IMG/VR virus record: IMGVR_UViG_3300032397_000006
Span: 40,086 to 104,085 of that record
Source of the DNA: a virus
DNA: 64,000 nt
Direction: 5' to 3' (one strand)
The notes beneath the pieces are model-generated. The model was not told the DNA's origin. It searched no databases and was given only the letters and a program-made list of their open reading frames with translations. The position numbers and the translations under genes are program-made. This document shows positions 1 to 10,500 of the stretch, one piece after another; within the stretch, counting starts at the first letter, position 1; the number at the start of each line of letters is the position of its first letter.

Positions 1-1775
1 AGATGCGAGGGGGCGACAGAGAGCCGCGTCGAGGAACTGTGCGCGTGCTGGTTTGCGTCGAGCGCTTTGAACCAATCGTTTCCCTGACTGAGCTGAAACA
101 CCGCACCGCCGATGCCCGCCGATCCTGTCGCCGTGTGGCTGTCCTCGTCGGTGGGTAGCGTGCTTTTCGCCGCCAGCGCTTCGGTCACACCGATGATTTG
201 TCGCTCGCGCAAGATCTTGGCTACCGCGTCCTGCGTGACCTTGTAGCGCGACGCGGCTGCTCGCAAATTCTTACTCGTGCCCAGCGACTGCACGAGCTGC
301 CCCATAATGGCTTGAGCCATTGCTTGCTCGTTGTACATTTGCTGCGGCGATTCTTGCGACACCACGCCGTAGCTCGTCTCGATAAAGCTCACGAGATACG
401 GCATGAGAAACCGCTCCGGAATCGCGACGTCGGTACCGTCGTCTGCAAAGCCGTCGAGTCCCTTGCGCAGCACGTTGCGCTGCAACGCGTGGAAAAGTGA
501 TTTCCCAAGAGCACGCGCGCTTTTCTTGACCCTGAACGGATTCTGCTTTTCTTGCTCAGCTGCGTACTCGCGATCGAGGCGCTCTGCATACTCGCGCGCT
601 TCCGCTTGCGGTTCGTACGTGTCCAGGTGTTCCTTGGCTGCGGCCTCGTGCTTCTCCGCTTCAGAATGAAAGCCGTACTTCCTGTGATCCTCTGCGACGA
701 TCAAATGCGCTTCTGCTGCGCGTTTGTGTAGCACTTTCTTGTTTTTTGCGCGCTTATTCGACGCTTCCATATCCGCAATCTCTGCGTCTGCTTTCTTAGC
801 GCGCAGCAGACGGTGGATTTTCTCGTCGACCGCAACGGGCGCGGGAGGCGCAGAGCCCTCGATATACGCGTATTGCCAGCCTCCCTTACCGTCTGGCTTG
901 CGCGTAATGTACTTGTGCCCAGGTCGCTCCGAATTCCAGCTCGATCCCTCCGCCTTAAACATGGAGGATTTTCCGAACGGCTTCTTTCCGCCGAACGCGG
1001 GAGGCTTCTTTTTCGGCTTGGCCTGATCGCCACCGAACGGCTTAGCCTTTGGCTTCGCGCCGAACTGCTGCGCGGGCTTTCCTGTACCGCCGTCTGCATC
1101 CTGATCGTCAGGTACGCCGTCGTCGTCGGCATCCACGTCCTGATCGTCGGGCACGCCGTCCCCGTCCTGATCAGCATCCTGATCGTCAGGCACACCGTCC
1201 CCGTCCTGATCGGGCGCGTCCTGATCGGGCTGCTCGTCGCCGGGACCACCGCCGCCAGCCTCGAGCCCTTGCCCGCCCTGCACCGCACGCACGAGCTTGC
1301 GCACAAGCTTGTGGTACGTGTCGAGCAGCGCCATGGAGTTATGGTGCTGCGCGCCGTGAAATCCCTTCGCGGCGTAGTAGTCGCGCTCTGCATCGGCGAT
1401 TTGCTGCACGAGTGCCTGAGGGTCTTCGCTCGCGTCGCCACCTGCGTCCGCGCCGTCGTCGCCCTCCGGCAGATCCTCCCCATCGCCCTCGTCGTCGAAG
1501 CCCTCGTCGTCGCCTTCCTCGCCCGCGCCGTCGTCGAGCTCGTCACCGTCACCATCACCAGGCCCGGGCTCGCCCTCGTCGCCATCGGGCTCCTCGCCCT
1601 GATCGTCGCCCTGCCCGTCGTCGGGTGCCGTGTCAGACGCGTCCGGAGCTCCGCTGTTCGGATCCTGATCGTCGGGCACACCGTCCCCGTCCTGATCATT
1701 CTCCTCGTCAGCGCCCGCCTTTTTCTTGGCGAACGGCGGCACGGCTTTCAGCAAAAGATCGATCGCGTCTAGCAT
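1..1775 (-). CDS. Acidic modular virion-associated protein (3'-truncated by window edge) with DQDGDGVPDDQD repeats and one GHKY..R.PDGKGGW motif
   Basis: Absent from the ORF track because it has no stop in the window. Manual translation from ATG 1775 (RBS GAGGGGAG) gives MLDAIDLLLKAVPPFAKKKAGADEENDQDGDGVPDDQD...FGKSSMFKAEGSSWNSERPGHKYITRKPDGKGGWQYAY..., open to position 1. Confidence 0.85.
   Translation of the reverse strand, partial: MLDAIDLLLKAVPPFAKKKAGADEENDQDGDGVPDDQDPNSGAPDASDTAPDDGQGDDQGEEPDGDEGEPGPGDGDGDELDDGAGEEGDDEGFDDEGDGEDLPEGDDGADAGGDASEDPQALVQQIADAERDYYAAKGFHGAQHHNSMALLDTYHKLVRKLVRAVQGGQGLEAGGGGPGDEQPDQDAPDQDGDGVPDDQDADQDGDGVPDDQDVDADDDGVPDDQDADGGTGKPAQQFGAKPKAKPFGGDQAKPKKKPPAFGGKKPFGKSSMFKAEGSSWNSERPGHKYITRKPDGKGGWQYAYIEGSAPPAPVAVDEKIHRLLRAKKADAEIADMEASNKRAKNKKVLHKRAAEAHLIVAEDHRKYGFHSEAEKHEAAAKEHLDTYEPQAEAREYAERLDREYAAEQEKQNPFRVKKSARALGKSLFHALQRNVLRKGLDGFADDGTDVAIPERFLMPYLVSFIETSYGVVSQESPQQMYNEQAMAQAIMGQLVQSLGTSKNLRAAASRYKVTQDAVAKILRERQIIGVTEALAAKSTLPTDEDSHTATGSAGIGGAVFQLSQGNDWFKALDANQHAHSSSTRLSVAPSH
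1100..1700 (-). repeat. Asp-rich DQDGDGVPDDQD repeats (thrombospondin type-3-like Ca-binding motif)
   Basis: About 4 copies of cctgatcgtc(a/g)gg(c/t)ac.ccgtc, at ~1100-1210 and ~1665-1700. Confidence 0.7.
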
Positions 1776-1836
1776 AGGTCTCCCCTCGGATTCTCGCCGA
1801 GAGTACCCTAGCGCCTACGCGAGCGCGAGCGTTGAC

Positions 1837-2007
1837 CTACTTCGCCGCGGACTCGCGTGCAACGCACGCACGGAATCGGACAACATCCTCGCTATCCTCG
1901 AGACTTGAATCCGCCCTGTCGTCGCTGTCGTCGCGCACGTAGTTTTTCAAGCGTTCAAGCATATCCTCGCGACTGAACGAGGCCTTTCTTGGTTTCTGAT
2001 CCTCCAT
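1837..2007 (-). CDS. Small acidic protein downstream of zeta-like gene
   Basis: ATG at 2007 overlaps the upstream stop (TGATG); MEDQKPRKASFSREDMLERLKNYVRDD... Confidence 0.55.
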   Translation of the reverse strand: MEDQKPRKASFSREDMLERLKNYVRDDSDDRADSSLEDSEDVVRFRACVARESAAK

Positions 2008-3302
2008 CACACCCTCCGGAGCACGAGCTTTACAGCTCGCATAGACTTCATCCAACCACGGGCGCGCGCGATCAAATGTCGGCGTAATCCCGTCTGTTTG
2101 AATTTTCGCACATAGTTCGGATCAATAACAACGTCGGGCTGATTTTCTCCGCCCGCCCACACTAGGCGCGGTTTCGGGCCTGCGTTGTCAAATAGCGAGA
2201 ATTCATGAGCTCTACGCGCTATCTGCTCGAAATTCCCAGGAATGACGTGGTGCGCTTCCCGCACGAAATTGTCAGGCACGTAACGCCCGGTATTCCGCGC
2301 TCGGGAGCCCACGCGGGAGACAGCCTCAGCGAGCGGAATGTGTGGCATCACGAGGTGCACGTGGTAGCCCGCGGCTTTCAGTGCCTCGATTCGCCCAATG
2401 AATTTCTCCGTGTTTTTCCCCGTGCCGTCGAGAATCAAATTCTTGCGCTCTGCCACAGCGCGAGCTCGGACCTTTTCGCCGAGGTCGCTGGACTCCTCGT
2501 GTGCCATGGCCGCGGCATCTTTCGCCGTCACCGTCGATCCGTCCGCTGTGAGTCCGTACGCGAGAGCTCGCTGATACTCAGGTAGCTTTTCCTTACACGC
2601 GTCTGGATCGGACACGACGAAATCATTGTGGTCGCCCACTAGCGTGGCGAGGATCGAGCCCTTGCCGACGCCGGAGCCTCCCATGGTGACGATCGCCGTG
2701 GGCGTGCGATCGAGCGGCACGGGCTTCACGTGCTTGGTAAATGAATCCACGATCGCCGCGTGGAGCGCTTTACGCTCAGGCGTGTAATCCTTGAAGCGCA
2801 CCGGGCGAATACGACCGACCTCGATTGTGTGCGCGGTTTTCGTTTCCGCAGGAAGCCCGATCGAAGTCGCGGATTCGAGCCAAGCGCGATCGCGCTTGGT
2901 TGCGTGCGTTGCGCGCTCCGCGTCTGAAAATACGTGCACCACTTCGGCCGGGCTCACGATCGGGAAACTGCTGGGCGCCTCGCGACGCTGCACCGGCTTT
3001 GTGCCCGTGTGTCCGTAGTCGTAGTTCCAGCCGCCCTTACCATCTGGCGTGCGACGAATGTATTTATGCCCGGGCCGCTCCTCGCCCTTTTCCGACTTGA
3101 GCAAATCGAGCGGGATCACGTGCGCCTTTTGTGTCGGCTGCTGCTGCGCTTGCTGTCGAGGAAAGCGAGCTCGAAATCCGCGCTCCCTCGAGCGTCGGAT
3201 GTCCGAATATTTCTTAGGCTGCGCGAGCCCTTGTGCGAGGCCTCCGCGCAGCATATCGGCGAGGCGTGCCGTCTCGCGTGGATCCTTCGGCGGTAGGCTC
3301 AC
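2007..3302 (-). CDS. Zeta-toxin-like P-loop kinase with N-terminal GHKY..PDGKGGW motif
   Basis: MGGSGVGKG Walker A, DPD, NLILDGT, R..GRYVP typical of Zeta_toxin; GTG start at 3302 overlaps the upstream stop (GTGA). Confidence 0.8.
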   Translation of the reverse strand: MSLPPKDPRETARLADMLRGGLAQGLAQPKKYSDIRRSRERGFRARFPRQQAQQQPTQKAHVIPLDLLKSEKGEERPGHKYIRRTPDGKGGWNYDYGHTGTKPVQRREAPSSFPIVSPAEVVHVFSDAERATHATKRDRAWLESATSIGLPAETKTAHTIEVGRIRPVRFKDYTPERKALHAAIVDSFTKHVKPVPLDRTPTAIVTMGGSGVGKGSILATLVGDHNDFVVSDPDACKEKLPEYQRALAYGLTADGSTVTAKDAAAMAHEESSDLGEKVRARAVAERKNLILDGTGKNTEKFIGRIEALKAAGYHVHLVMPHIPLAEAVSRVGSRARNTGRYVPDNFVREAHHVIPGNFEQIARRAHEFSLFDNAGPKPRLVWAGGENQPDVVIDPNYVRKFKQTGLRRHLIARARGWMKSMRAVKLVLRRV

Positions 3303-6300
3303 GTGTCCCCCCAAATGCGCTTTCCTGCGGTCGCGCCCTGATAAATGTGCGAGGCGATTTTGCCTGCACGGTGCTGATCTTCAATGTAACTCATGGAGTC
3401 TCGATAAATCGAGTCTGCATTTATTGCGCGCGCACTGTCTGGCATGCTGTCGCCCAACGCTACGTTCGGTTTGCCCCCTGGAAATGTCACCTCAGCGAAT
3501 ACGAAATCCGCGTGATCCTTGTGCGCTTCGTGGAATTTCGAGAAGTTTTTCGCGCCCTCTGCGTAGCTGTCGGCGAATACGCGTGCGTCGACCATACGCC
3601 CCGCGCCCACCGCACGTGCGACAGCGCCTGGCCAAGCGCGCTTTGGATCCGAGTGCACAAACATGAACGTGGGCTTTATCCCACGTTTCGCGCACTCAGA
3701 AATCAACCACTCGTTCTCCGTTGCGTTCTGCTCGCCTGCCGCGTCCCAGGTAGCAGCTACTGACTTCGGCAGATCAGGACGCGCGGCAAGGCCTACGCCT
3801 TTGCCCGCCGCACAGCCGCCGCTCGTGACCAAGATCTTACGGTCTCCCGGTGCCATTTTCGCGATCTCGTCAAGGCGCGTGATAAAGGCACGCTTCGCGA
3901 TCGCGTTCGCAGTCTGATGCAGCGCAGTGTTGTACAAGCTCCGCGCCTTGGCACGCTCGAGATTCATCGGCTCGCCTGGCTTATCCGGAGGCAAGTCGTC
4001 GCGCTTCCAGTCGGCGAGCAATGCCTTCGCGCCATCTGTTTCGAACACGTAATTGTTCTTTTTCGCGATCTCGCCGAAAGCCTGAGCTGTACCGTTCGGG
4101 TCGCGCTCGAATGCGTCCGCGAAACGCGTCTCGATCGCACGCTCCTCGTGCGTGAGGTTAGGCAGCTTCGGCACACCAGGCGGGGGCAGCACAGCATCGC
4201 CCGGAATGCCGACGCGTGCGGCTTTCTCGTTCGGCTTCTGCGGCGTGGCGCTCCTCGAGAGCGGCTTACGCTTGACGGCTTGGCCTTGCGCAGATCGCGC
4301 CGTGCGTGGTGGCGCGTTCGTGTAGAAATACTGCCAGCCGCCCTTACCATCTGGCTTGCGCCGCATGTACTTGTGGCCGGCGCGTTCTTGCCCCGGTACA
4401 AATGCCTTTTTCATCGCACGACGGCGCACGCAAAACGTCGTCTGCGATTCCTTCGCACCGGCTTCTACACTGCGCAGTTTCTTGTAGTAGTCCGGACGCT
4501 CGCACAGGTGATCGAGGGCGATATCCGCGGCTTTCTCGAGATCCTTTGTGTGCTCGAGCTCGACCTGCATTCCTGCCTGTAGATCGGTCGCTGTCCAGCG
4601 CGCATGCTCCCACTCCACACCGAGGCGCTTCGCAGCGCTCATAGCTGCATCGTGCGAAACACGAAGTGCTTTCGACTTCCGCGTAGTGTCAGTGGCGCAG
4701 CTCGCGCAAGGCACAACGGGATCGCAGCCAGAGCAGCTCTTTTTCAGCCCCTTTTTCGCCTTCGCGCGAGCTCGGGCCTTACGCCCCTTTGCGCGGTGCG
4801 ACCACTCGAGCGCCTTACCTTCTGGCAGCTTGCCCTCAGCTTCTGCAGCGAAAGCCCAACGGCGCTGCTTTTCGCTAAACGGGTGCTGCATCTTGCCCTT
4901 CGCGAAAGCTTCAAGCTCGTCGAGCGGATCGAGTGATTTCTTTTTCTCAGCTGCCGCCAGCTGCTTTGCTACGCCGTGCGCATAGCTTTCAGCCAGCAGA
5001 GAAGCTCCGCCAAATTCGACATCCTTTGGTGCCACGTGCGACATCTCGCGCACAAAGTGCTCGGCCTCCGCTTTGCTCGTGAGTGCTCCGCCCGCGTTGA
5101 TGGAGTATCCGCTCGGAATATGCGTGACGTGGTAAATGCCGTACTGCCCGCGCGTGATTCCGTAATCGCCGATCGCCGGCATGGACGTGACCTCAGGATC
5201 GCGGATTTCCTTACCGTCTTTATCGCGGATCGCCAAGTGCACGTCGACCGTGCGCAGCTTCTCAGGCTTGATGCCCGCGACCTTTTCAGCTGCGCGCATA
5301 GCGTCGCGGTGCTTCGCGACCTTTTCGAATGCAGATTCCATCGCCTCGTTCAGACCAGGCGCCGCTTTGCGTGAAAACACGTAGGGGTGGCTGTTCTCCC
5401 AAGACTCGCGCCGCGCCTTTGAAGCGACGTCGAGATCCTTACGCGCTTCGGAGAGCTGCTGACTGTGGGAGGCAGCCTCGCGCGCGTGCTCGTGTGGCGT
5501 ATCGCCCGCGACGACGTGTGAATAGACGTAGTGCCAGCCCCCGCGACCATCGGGCTTGCGAGTCAGGTATTTGTGCCCTGCAACCTCGTCGCCCTTCGCG
5601 GCCTTGCTGAGCTCGCCGAGATTGTCTAGCGCATCGCCACTCTTGAGAGCCAGCATTCCCCATTTTTGCGACTCGGCGAGGCCTGCGCGCATGCCTGAGA
5701 ACGCACCCTCAGACATACCTGCCCGCTCGAGAGCAGCATCTAAACGCTCGCGTGTGACCTTCGCATGCGCCTTGGCCTCAGCGTGCCGCGTCGAACCCGG
5801 AGTGTGCGCGTATTGGCTGGCGACACGCTCTGCGCTCGCGCGCTCGTGCTCGCGCGACGCTGCCACCACAGCGCGCTGTGCAAGTGGCGCCTTACGCTTC
5901 GCATGCGCGTCTGCGTAGTCGTAGCGCCAGCCGCCGTGCCCGTTCGGCTCGCGCTTGAGATACTTGTGGCTGGTTGCCTCGTCGCCCTTGGAGGCCTTGA
6001 TCAAAGGCAAGAGTGCATCGATCGCGTCGGCTGATTTATACGCGAGCGAAGTCGTCTTGAGGGCAACCCTACGCACGGTGCTAGGACTCGCGCGCAAACG
6101 GGACACGGTTTGCTTGTTCCAGAAATGCTCGATCTTACGTTTCGCTTTGCGCTTGGCTTTACGCGCAGCGAGCGCGCCCTTGATCTTTGCGTAGACGTAA
6201 CTCCAACCGCCCTTACCGTCAGGCTTGCGCTCCGTGTACTGATGCCCTGCCTGCTCCCCGCCGCGTACAGCATCAGCCTTCGCTGCTTTAATAAACAGCA

Positions 6301-7501
6301 CAGGTGCCGATTTCTCGACTTTTGCCGGACGCCACGCATCGGGCTTCGTGTCAGGCTTTACGCCGTCTGCATTCTTGTCGTAGGAGCTGTCTTTTATGTA
6401 GCCACGCGGCACGACGTCGAACGTGCAGTAGATGCCCATAATACCGATCGTGCTCCCCCAATTTTCGGTTGTGATCGGCGACGCTTTGTAGACGCTGTGC
6501 CGCTCAGTAAGGATCTTTTTTCGCATCTCTTTCACAGCACCCCACAGAGCATCTTTCTCGCCCTTGTTCGCGTAGGTGCTGTGGAACTTGATCGTCGCCT
6601 TAGCAGTCGGGCGAAATGTCTTCGGGTGCGTTTCGCGTATCACGCTAACGGTCCCTTTTTCGCCGAACGTCTTCGGTCCTTTCTCGATATCAGAGAGCAG
6701 CTTGTCTATTTCCGGTGGCGGCAGCTCGCCCTCTTTTTTAGAGGCCGCATGCTCCGCGCTACCCTCTGCGGGATATTCATAATCCCAGCCGCCCTTACCG
6801 TCTGGCTTGCGCGTAAGGTATTTGTGCCCCGGGCGCTCCTCGCCCTTGGCTAGAGATTTCTCGTATTTGAATTCCGCGGTCTCCCGCTCGTATTTCGGCA
6901 CTTGATAAGGATCTACGTGTTTCCACCGCCCCTCGTGCCATACGGGCTCGAGATTCTTTTTCTTGCGCGCAGCTGGTAAAGGCGCCGTAAATAGCGGCGT
7001 AGCCGGCTTGTGCTCATCGATTCGCGCTTCGGAATAGCCGCCAGGCAAGCGCCGCGTGCGCACATACGAAGGGTAATTGCCGAGACTGCGCGGCATGTCG
7101 AAATCAACGTTGTCGGAAGTCGCGCCGTCTCCCTCCAATAGGTGCCCGAAAACCTTAATCTCTTTCGAGTGCCAGCTCCCGCCCGCCGTGGCCAGGTACA
7201 CCTTACCGTTATGCGGCAGCAGAAAAGGCGCGCTGTGCCCCTCGGTCGCGGCTTGCTCGATCGCTTGCTTGAGCACGCTCGGATCAAAGGCGCCCACTTG
7301 TTTCTTGTGATCGGCGGGAGGCTTGTAGCTGTATTTCCATCCGCCTTTACCATCTGGCGAGCGCAGCAGATATTTGTGCCCCTCGACCTCTACGCCCTTC
7401 GCCGCTTTCTCGAGTAGCGCTAGGGGATCGAGCTCAGGCTGAGCTCTCACAAGGCTCAAGCCGATTGCGTGCTTTCGAAGTGCTGAGATCGCATCAGTCA
7501 T
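3299..7501 (-). CDS. ~1400 aa modular polyprotein: six GHKY..PDGKGGW motifs, DUF5661-like domain, C-terminal zeta-like kinase
   Basis: Six motif copies; GMQVELEHT..A.DIALDHL.ERPDYY (DUF5661-like); VTSGGCAAGKG P-loop and AGRMV at the C-terminus; ATG 7501 overlaps the upstream stop (ATGA). Confidence 0.85.
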   Translation of the reverse strand: MTDAISALRKHAIGLSLVRAQPELDPLALLEKAAKGVEVEGHKYLLRSPDGKGGWKYSYKPPADHKKQVGAFDPSVLKQAIEQAATEGHSAPFLLPHNGKVYLATAGGSWHSKEIKVFGHLLEGDGATSDNVDFDMPRSLGNYPSYVRTRRLPGGYSEARIDEHKPATPLFTAPLPAARKKKNLEPVWHEGRWKHVDPYQVPKYERETAEFKYEKSLAKGEERPGHKYLTRKPDGKGGWDYEYPAEGSAEHAASKKEGELPPPEIDKLLSDIEKGPKTFGEKGTVSVIRETHPKTFRPTAKATIKFHSTYANKGEKDALWGAVKEMRKKILTERHSVYKASPITTENWGSTIGIMGIYCTFDVVPRGYIKDSSYDKNADGVKPDTKPDAWRPAKVEKSAPVLFIKAAKADAVRGGEQAGHQYTERKPDGKGGWSYVYAKIKGALAARKAKRKAKRKIEHFWNKQTVSRLRASPSTVRRVALKTTSLAYKSADAIDALLPLIKASKGDEATSHKYLKREPNGHGGWRYDYADAHAKRKAPLAQRAVVAASREHERASAERVASQYAHTPGSTRHAEAKAHAKVTRERLDAALERAGMSEGAFSGMRAGLAESQKWGMLALKSGDALDNLGELSKAAKGDEVAGHKYLTRKPDGRGGWHYVYSHVVAGDTPHEHAREAASHSQQLSEARKDLDVASKARRESWENSHPYVFSRKAAPGLNEAMESAFEKVAKHRDAMRAAEKVAGIKPEKLRTVDVHLAIRDKDGKEIRDPEVTSMPAIGDYGITRGQYGIYHVTHIPSGYSINAGGALTSKAEAEHFVREMSHVAPKDVEFGGASLLAESYAHGVAKQLAAAEKKKSLDPLDELEAFAKGKMQHPFSEKQRRWAFAAEAEGKLPEGKALEWSHRAKGRKARARAKAKKGLKKSCSGCDPVVPCASCATDTTRKSKALRVSHDAAMSAAKRLGVEWEHARWTATDLQAGMQVELEHTKDLEKAADIALDHLCERPDYYKKLRSVEAGAKESQTTFCVRRRAMKKAFVPGQERAGHKYMRRKPDGKGGWQYFYTNAPPRTARSAQGQAVKRKPLSRSATPQKPNEKAARVGIPGDAVLPPPGVPKLPNLTHEERAIETRFADAFERDPNGTAQAFGEIAKKNNYVFETDGAKALLADWKRDDLPPDKPGEPMNLERAKARSLYNTALHQTANAIAKRAFITRLDEIAKMAPGDRKILVTSGGCAAGKGVGLAARPDLPKSVAATWDAAGEQNATENEWLISECAKRGIKPTFMFVHSDPKRAWPGAVARAVGAGRMVDARVFADSYAEGAKNFSKFHEAHKDHADFVFAEVTFPGGKPNVALGDSMPDSARAINADSIYRDSMSYIEDQHRAGKIASHIYQGATAGKRIWGDT

Positions 7502-10500
7502 CGCTTCCCCGTTTCCACAGCGTCCCGGATCGTAGCCCATTCTCGCACGTTGAAGCGTATCGAAGGCTTCTGCGGCGCCGCCCCATGGAAAGCGTATTTA
7601 CCACTGTTCCGGCGTGCGAGGGCCTTCCTTCGGCGCCTGGAGGCCTTCACTTCCTTTTCGGTCTGCACGGTCCCGTAGATGCCCTCGAAATCGGGGGACT
7701 CCTGCGAAGGGCTGTAGCGCTGCACGACGTAGGATTTCACGAGAGCTCCGTGGTTGCTCGGGTCGGTCACGAACGCGGCGAAATCTTCGAACGCGACCGC
7801 GCGCACTTGCCCCAAGAATCGAGGATCGTCGTAGTGCGCTTGGTAAGCCTGCACCGCGGCACCGAGATTCGAAAACCCGAGCATGCACTTCTGTTCGTCT
7901 ACGTGCACGAAGTCGGGCGACTTGAGCTGATCGATCACGAACACGTAAGGCGCCATCTTGTCGGGCCCGACGTAGACGTCCACGTGATCGCCATCCGTGC
8001 CTTGCGTGCGCCGCACATAGCCGTAGTCGTGCACCATCTTTGTTTTGCCTGCGCGCTTCGCGTGTGCGTCGTACCAGTGCCGGTAAGATCCTGCCTGGTT
8101 TTCGACGCTCACCTTTAGCCCGCGGAAATCCCGACGCCTGTGCAGCTTGCGCGACTTCTCGAGCGGAGCTTTCAAGCTGTCGATCACTTCTGTAATCGCA
8201 TCGTCGCTGTCCTCAATATGCGCGCCGAAACGCGCGAAAGCCTGCCTGATCGCAGGTTCAATCATGCGCCGCCCCCCGGGCTCGCTCGCGAGCTCTGCGT
8301 ACTCCTCTCGATATTCAGCCAGCGCATTGATCGCGTGCGACACTGCTTGCTTTCTGCCCTCAGGCGAAGCAATAGGCTGCAGCTCGTAGGAGCGTTGATC
8401 CTCTTTTGATAGAGGCGCGTCGTAGGTCACGGTGCCGTGCCGAAAAGCAGGATGCTTTCCAATCGAGGAAAATCCTTTAGGCGCTGTGAACGTACCGATC
8501 GGCCTATTCTGCATACCGTACACGTAGTGCCAGCCTCCCTTACCATCAGGGTGACGCTCCGCGTAAAGGTGCCCCGCTTGCTCCTCGCCCTTTGCCGCTT
8601 TACGCAACACGAGCAGCGCCTTCAATACAGCATCCTGAAACGCGTGGCGCTTATCCCAATCGAAATCGAGCGCGAATTTCGACGGTCTGCCGGGTGTCTC
8701 GACGCGCGTATAGAAATCCTCAGCTGCGGGCTTATATTCGTAGCCCTTGCCTTTATGGTGCTCGCCCGCGTGTCCGCCCGTCGTGAAATGCATCTCATGC
8801 GCTCCGCGGTGCGAATGAATTACTGAGTCTTGATTAAACTGCTTTCCGAGCGCGCGCATAACACCAAACTCGCTAGGCGAATCGTGGTGCACCATGAAGG
8901 CATTACTTTTCTGCGGCTTCGCGCTCTCGTGATGCACGATAAAGCTCGCCTCACGCGAACCATAATGCCCCTCGACCTCGGTATAGCGGAGCTTGCGCTT
9001 TTTCAGCTCGCCTCGCAGGCGTTCGTGTCGCGCTTTGAATTCCGCGTGATCCTCAGACATGTCCTTTTCGCGCGCGTCGTTTCCGTTGCGACCTGCGCTG
9101 ATAATCGAATAGGTGCCGTGCTCGAGCAGATCGTCCAGCTGCGGACGCGTGAGACGCACCTCGCCCGCGGGTTTGCGTGGAGGTCTGTCGCTCGGGTGCC
9201 CGGGCAGATCATAGCCGTAGCGCCAGCCTCCCTTACCGTCTGGCGTGCGGCGCACGTACTTGTGCCCCGGACGCTCGCCTTCGCTGCCCTCGCGCGCTTT
9301 ACGGATCGCTTCGCCCCACGGAATGATATGCATACTTTTCTCCGTACCCTCTGCGCGGGCTTTGACGGCTGCGTAAGTGTCAGGGTGCACCGCAGGCGCA
9401 TCGCCATCGTCGCGCGTCGCGTTGCCCTTCATGTCCACGCCCAGCCACATTCGCCAGTGTCGATCAAGCTGCCCGATCGAGGAAATCACTCCGGGCTTAG
9501 CGAGCAGTTCCTTTGCCATCTTTTCGCGCTCGGCCTTCGGCAGCTTGCTCGCGTGATACTGCTCGACCTCGAGTTTCTGTTGCTGCTCTGCGGCAACCTT
9601 GTCCTGCGCTGCGCGCTTCGCTTGCGCCGCTTCGCGTTCGGCCTGCGCGGCTGCCTCGCGTGCTGGAGCGCCCGCTTCCCACTCCGCTTGCTTTTGCTTC
9701 TCTGCAGCCTTCGCGGATTTCTTTTCAGCCTCTCGCCGCGCTTCGCGTTCGGCCTCGACCTTCTCTGTCTCGTGCGGCAACGAAATACGATGGCGCTTGA
9801 AAGCATCCGGATCCGGATCGCCGAGCTCCCCTTGTGCTTCCTGAATCGCTGCTGCGGGGACCTGCAAATCATCGCGTGCCATCACGAGCGTTTCTTCTTC
9901 GCCCTCGTACGCACCTAGATCAGCCTCGTGCTCCGCGTGAAACAAGACGGCTTCAACAGGCACGTCGAGCGTGACCACGGCGCCGCGCGTTGCGTACTGC
10001 GTGCCGAAGTCGTGCGCGCTTTCGTGGTCGCTGGTCCAGCTCGACAAGCTGCGCACTGCAACGGGAACGGTGCCGCCCTGCGCTTGCTTCGCTTGCTCGA
10101 CAAGGGCCTTACCCTGGTCGTGCGCAATGCCGCGATGAATGCGCACTGTGCGCTCGCCCTTGGCAGCGAATAGCGCCTGCGTCGCTGCGTACTGCCTGAT
10201 CGCCATCGCTTCGCAGTCGTCGATTTCCTTTTTCGAGATACGGGACGCACGCGTAACCGCTTCTGCAAACGTACGCTTTTCGTCTGCGCTTGCGCGACCT
10301 CGAGCGATCTTGCCGATCAACGCGAGTTGTGGCGTGGTTTTCGTCATCCATTCATTTCGCCAAGCGTTACGCACGTGTGACTCGTCGGAATGATCGGCGA
10401 AAGCATCATCCGTGTGGGAAATGCCTTTCATGGACGCGGCGAGCGCTGCGATTTTCTTTTTATGCGCAGGCGACATGCCGAGATCAGGAGATACCGCGTA

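Noticed and set aside
701-1777. Long ORFs 701..1699(-), 813..1772(+) and 1049..1777(+)
   Set aside because: They are shadow frames of the Asp-rich real gene starting at 1775(-).
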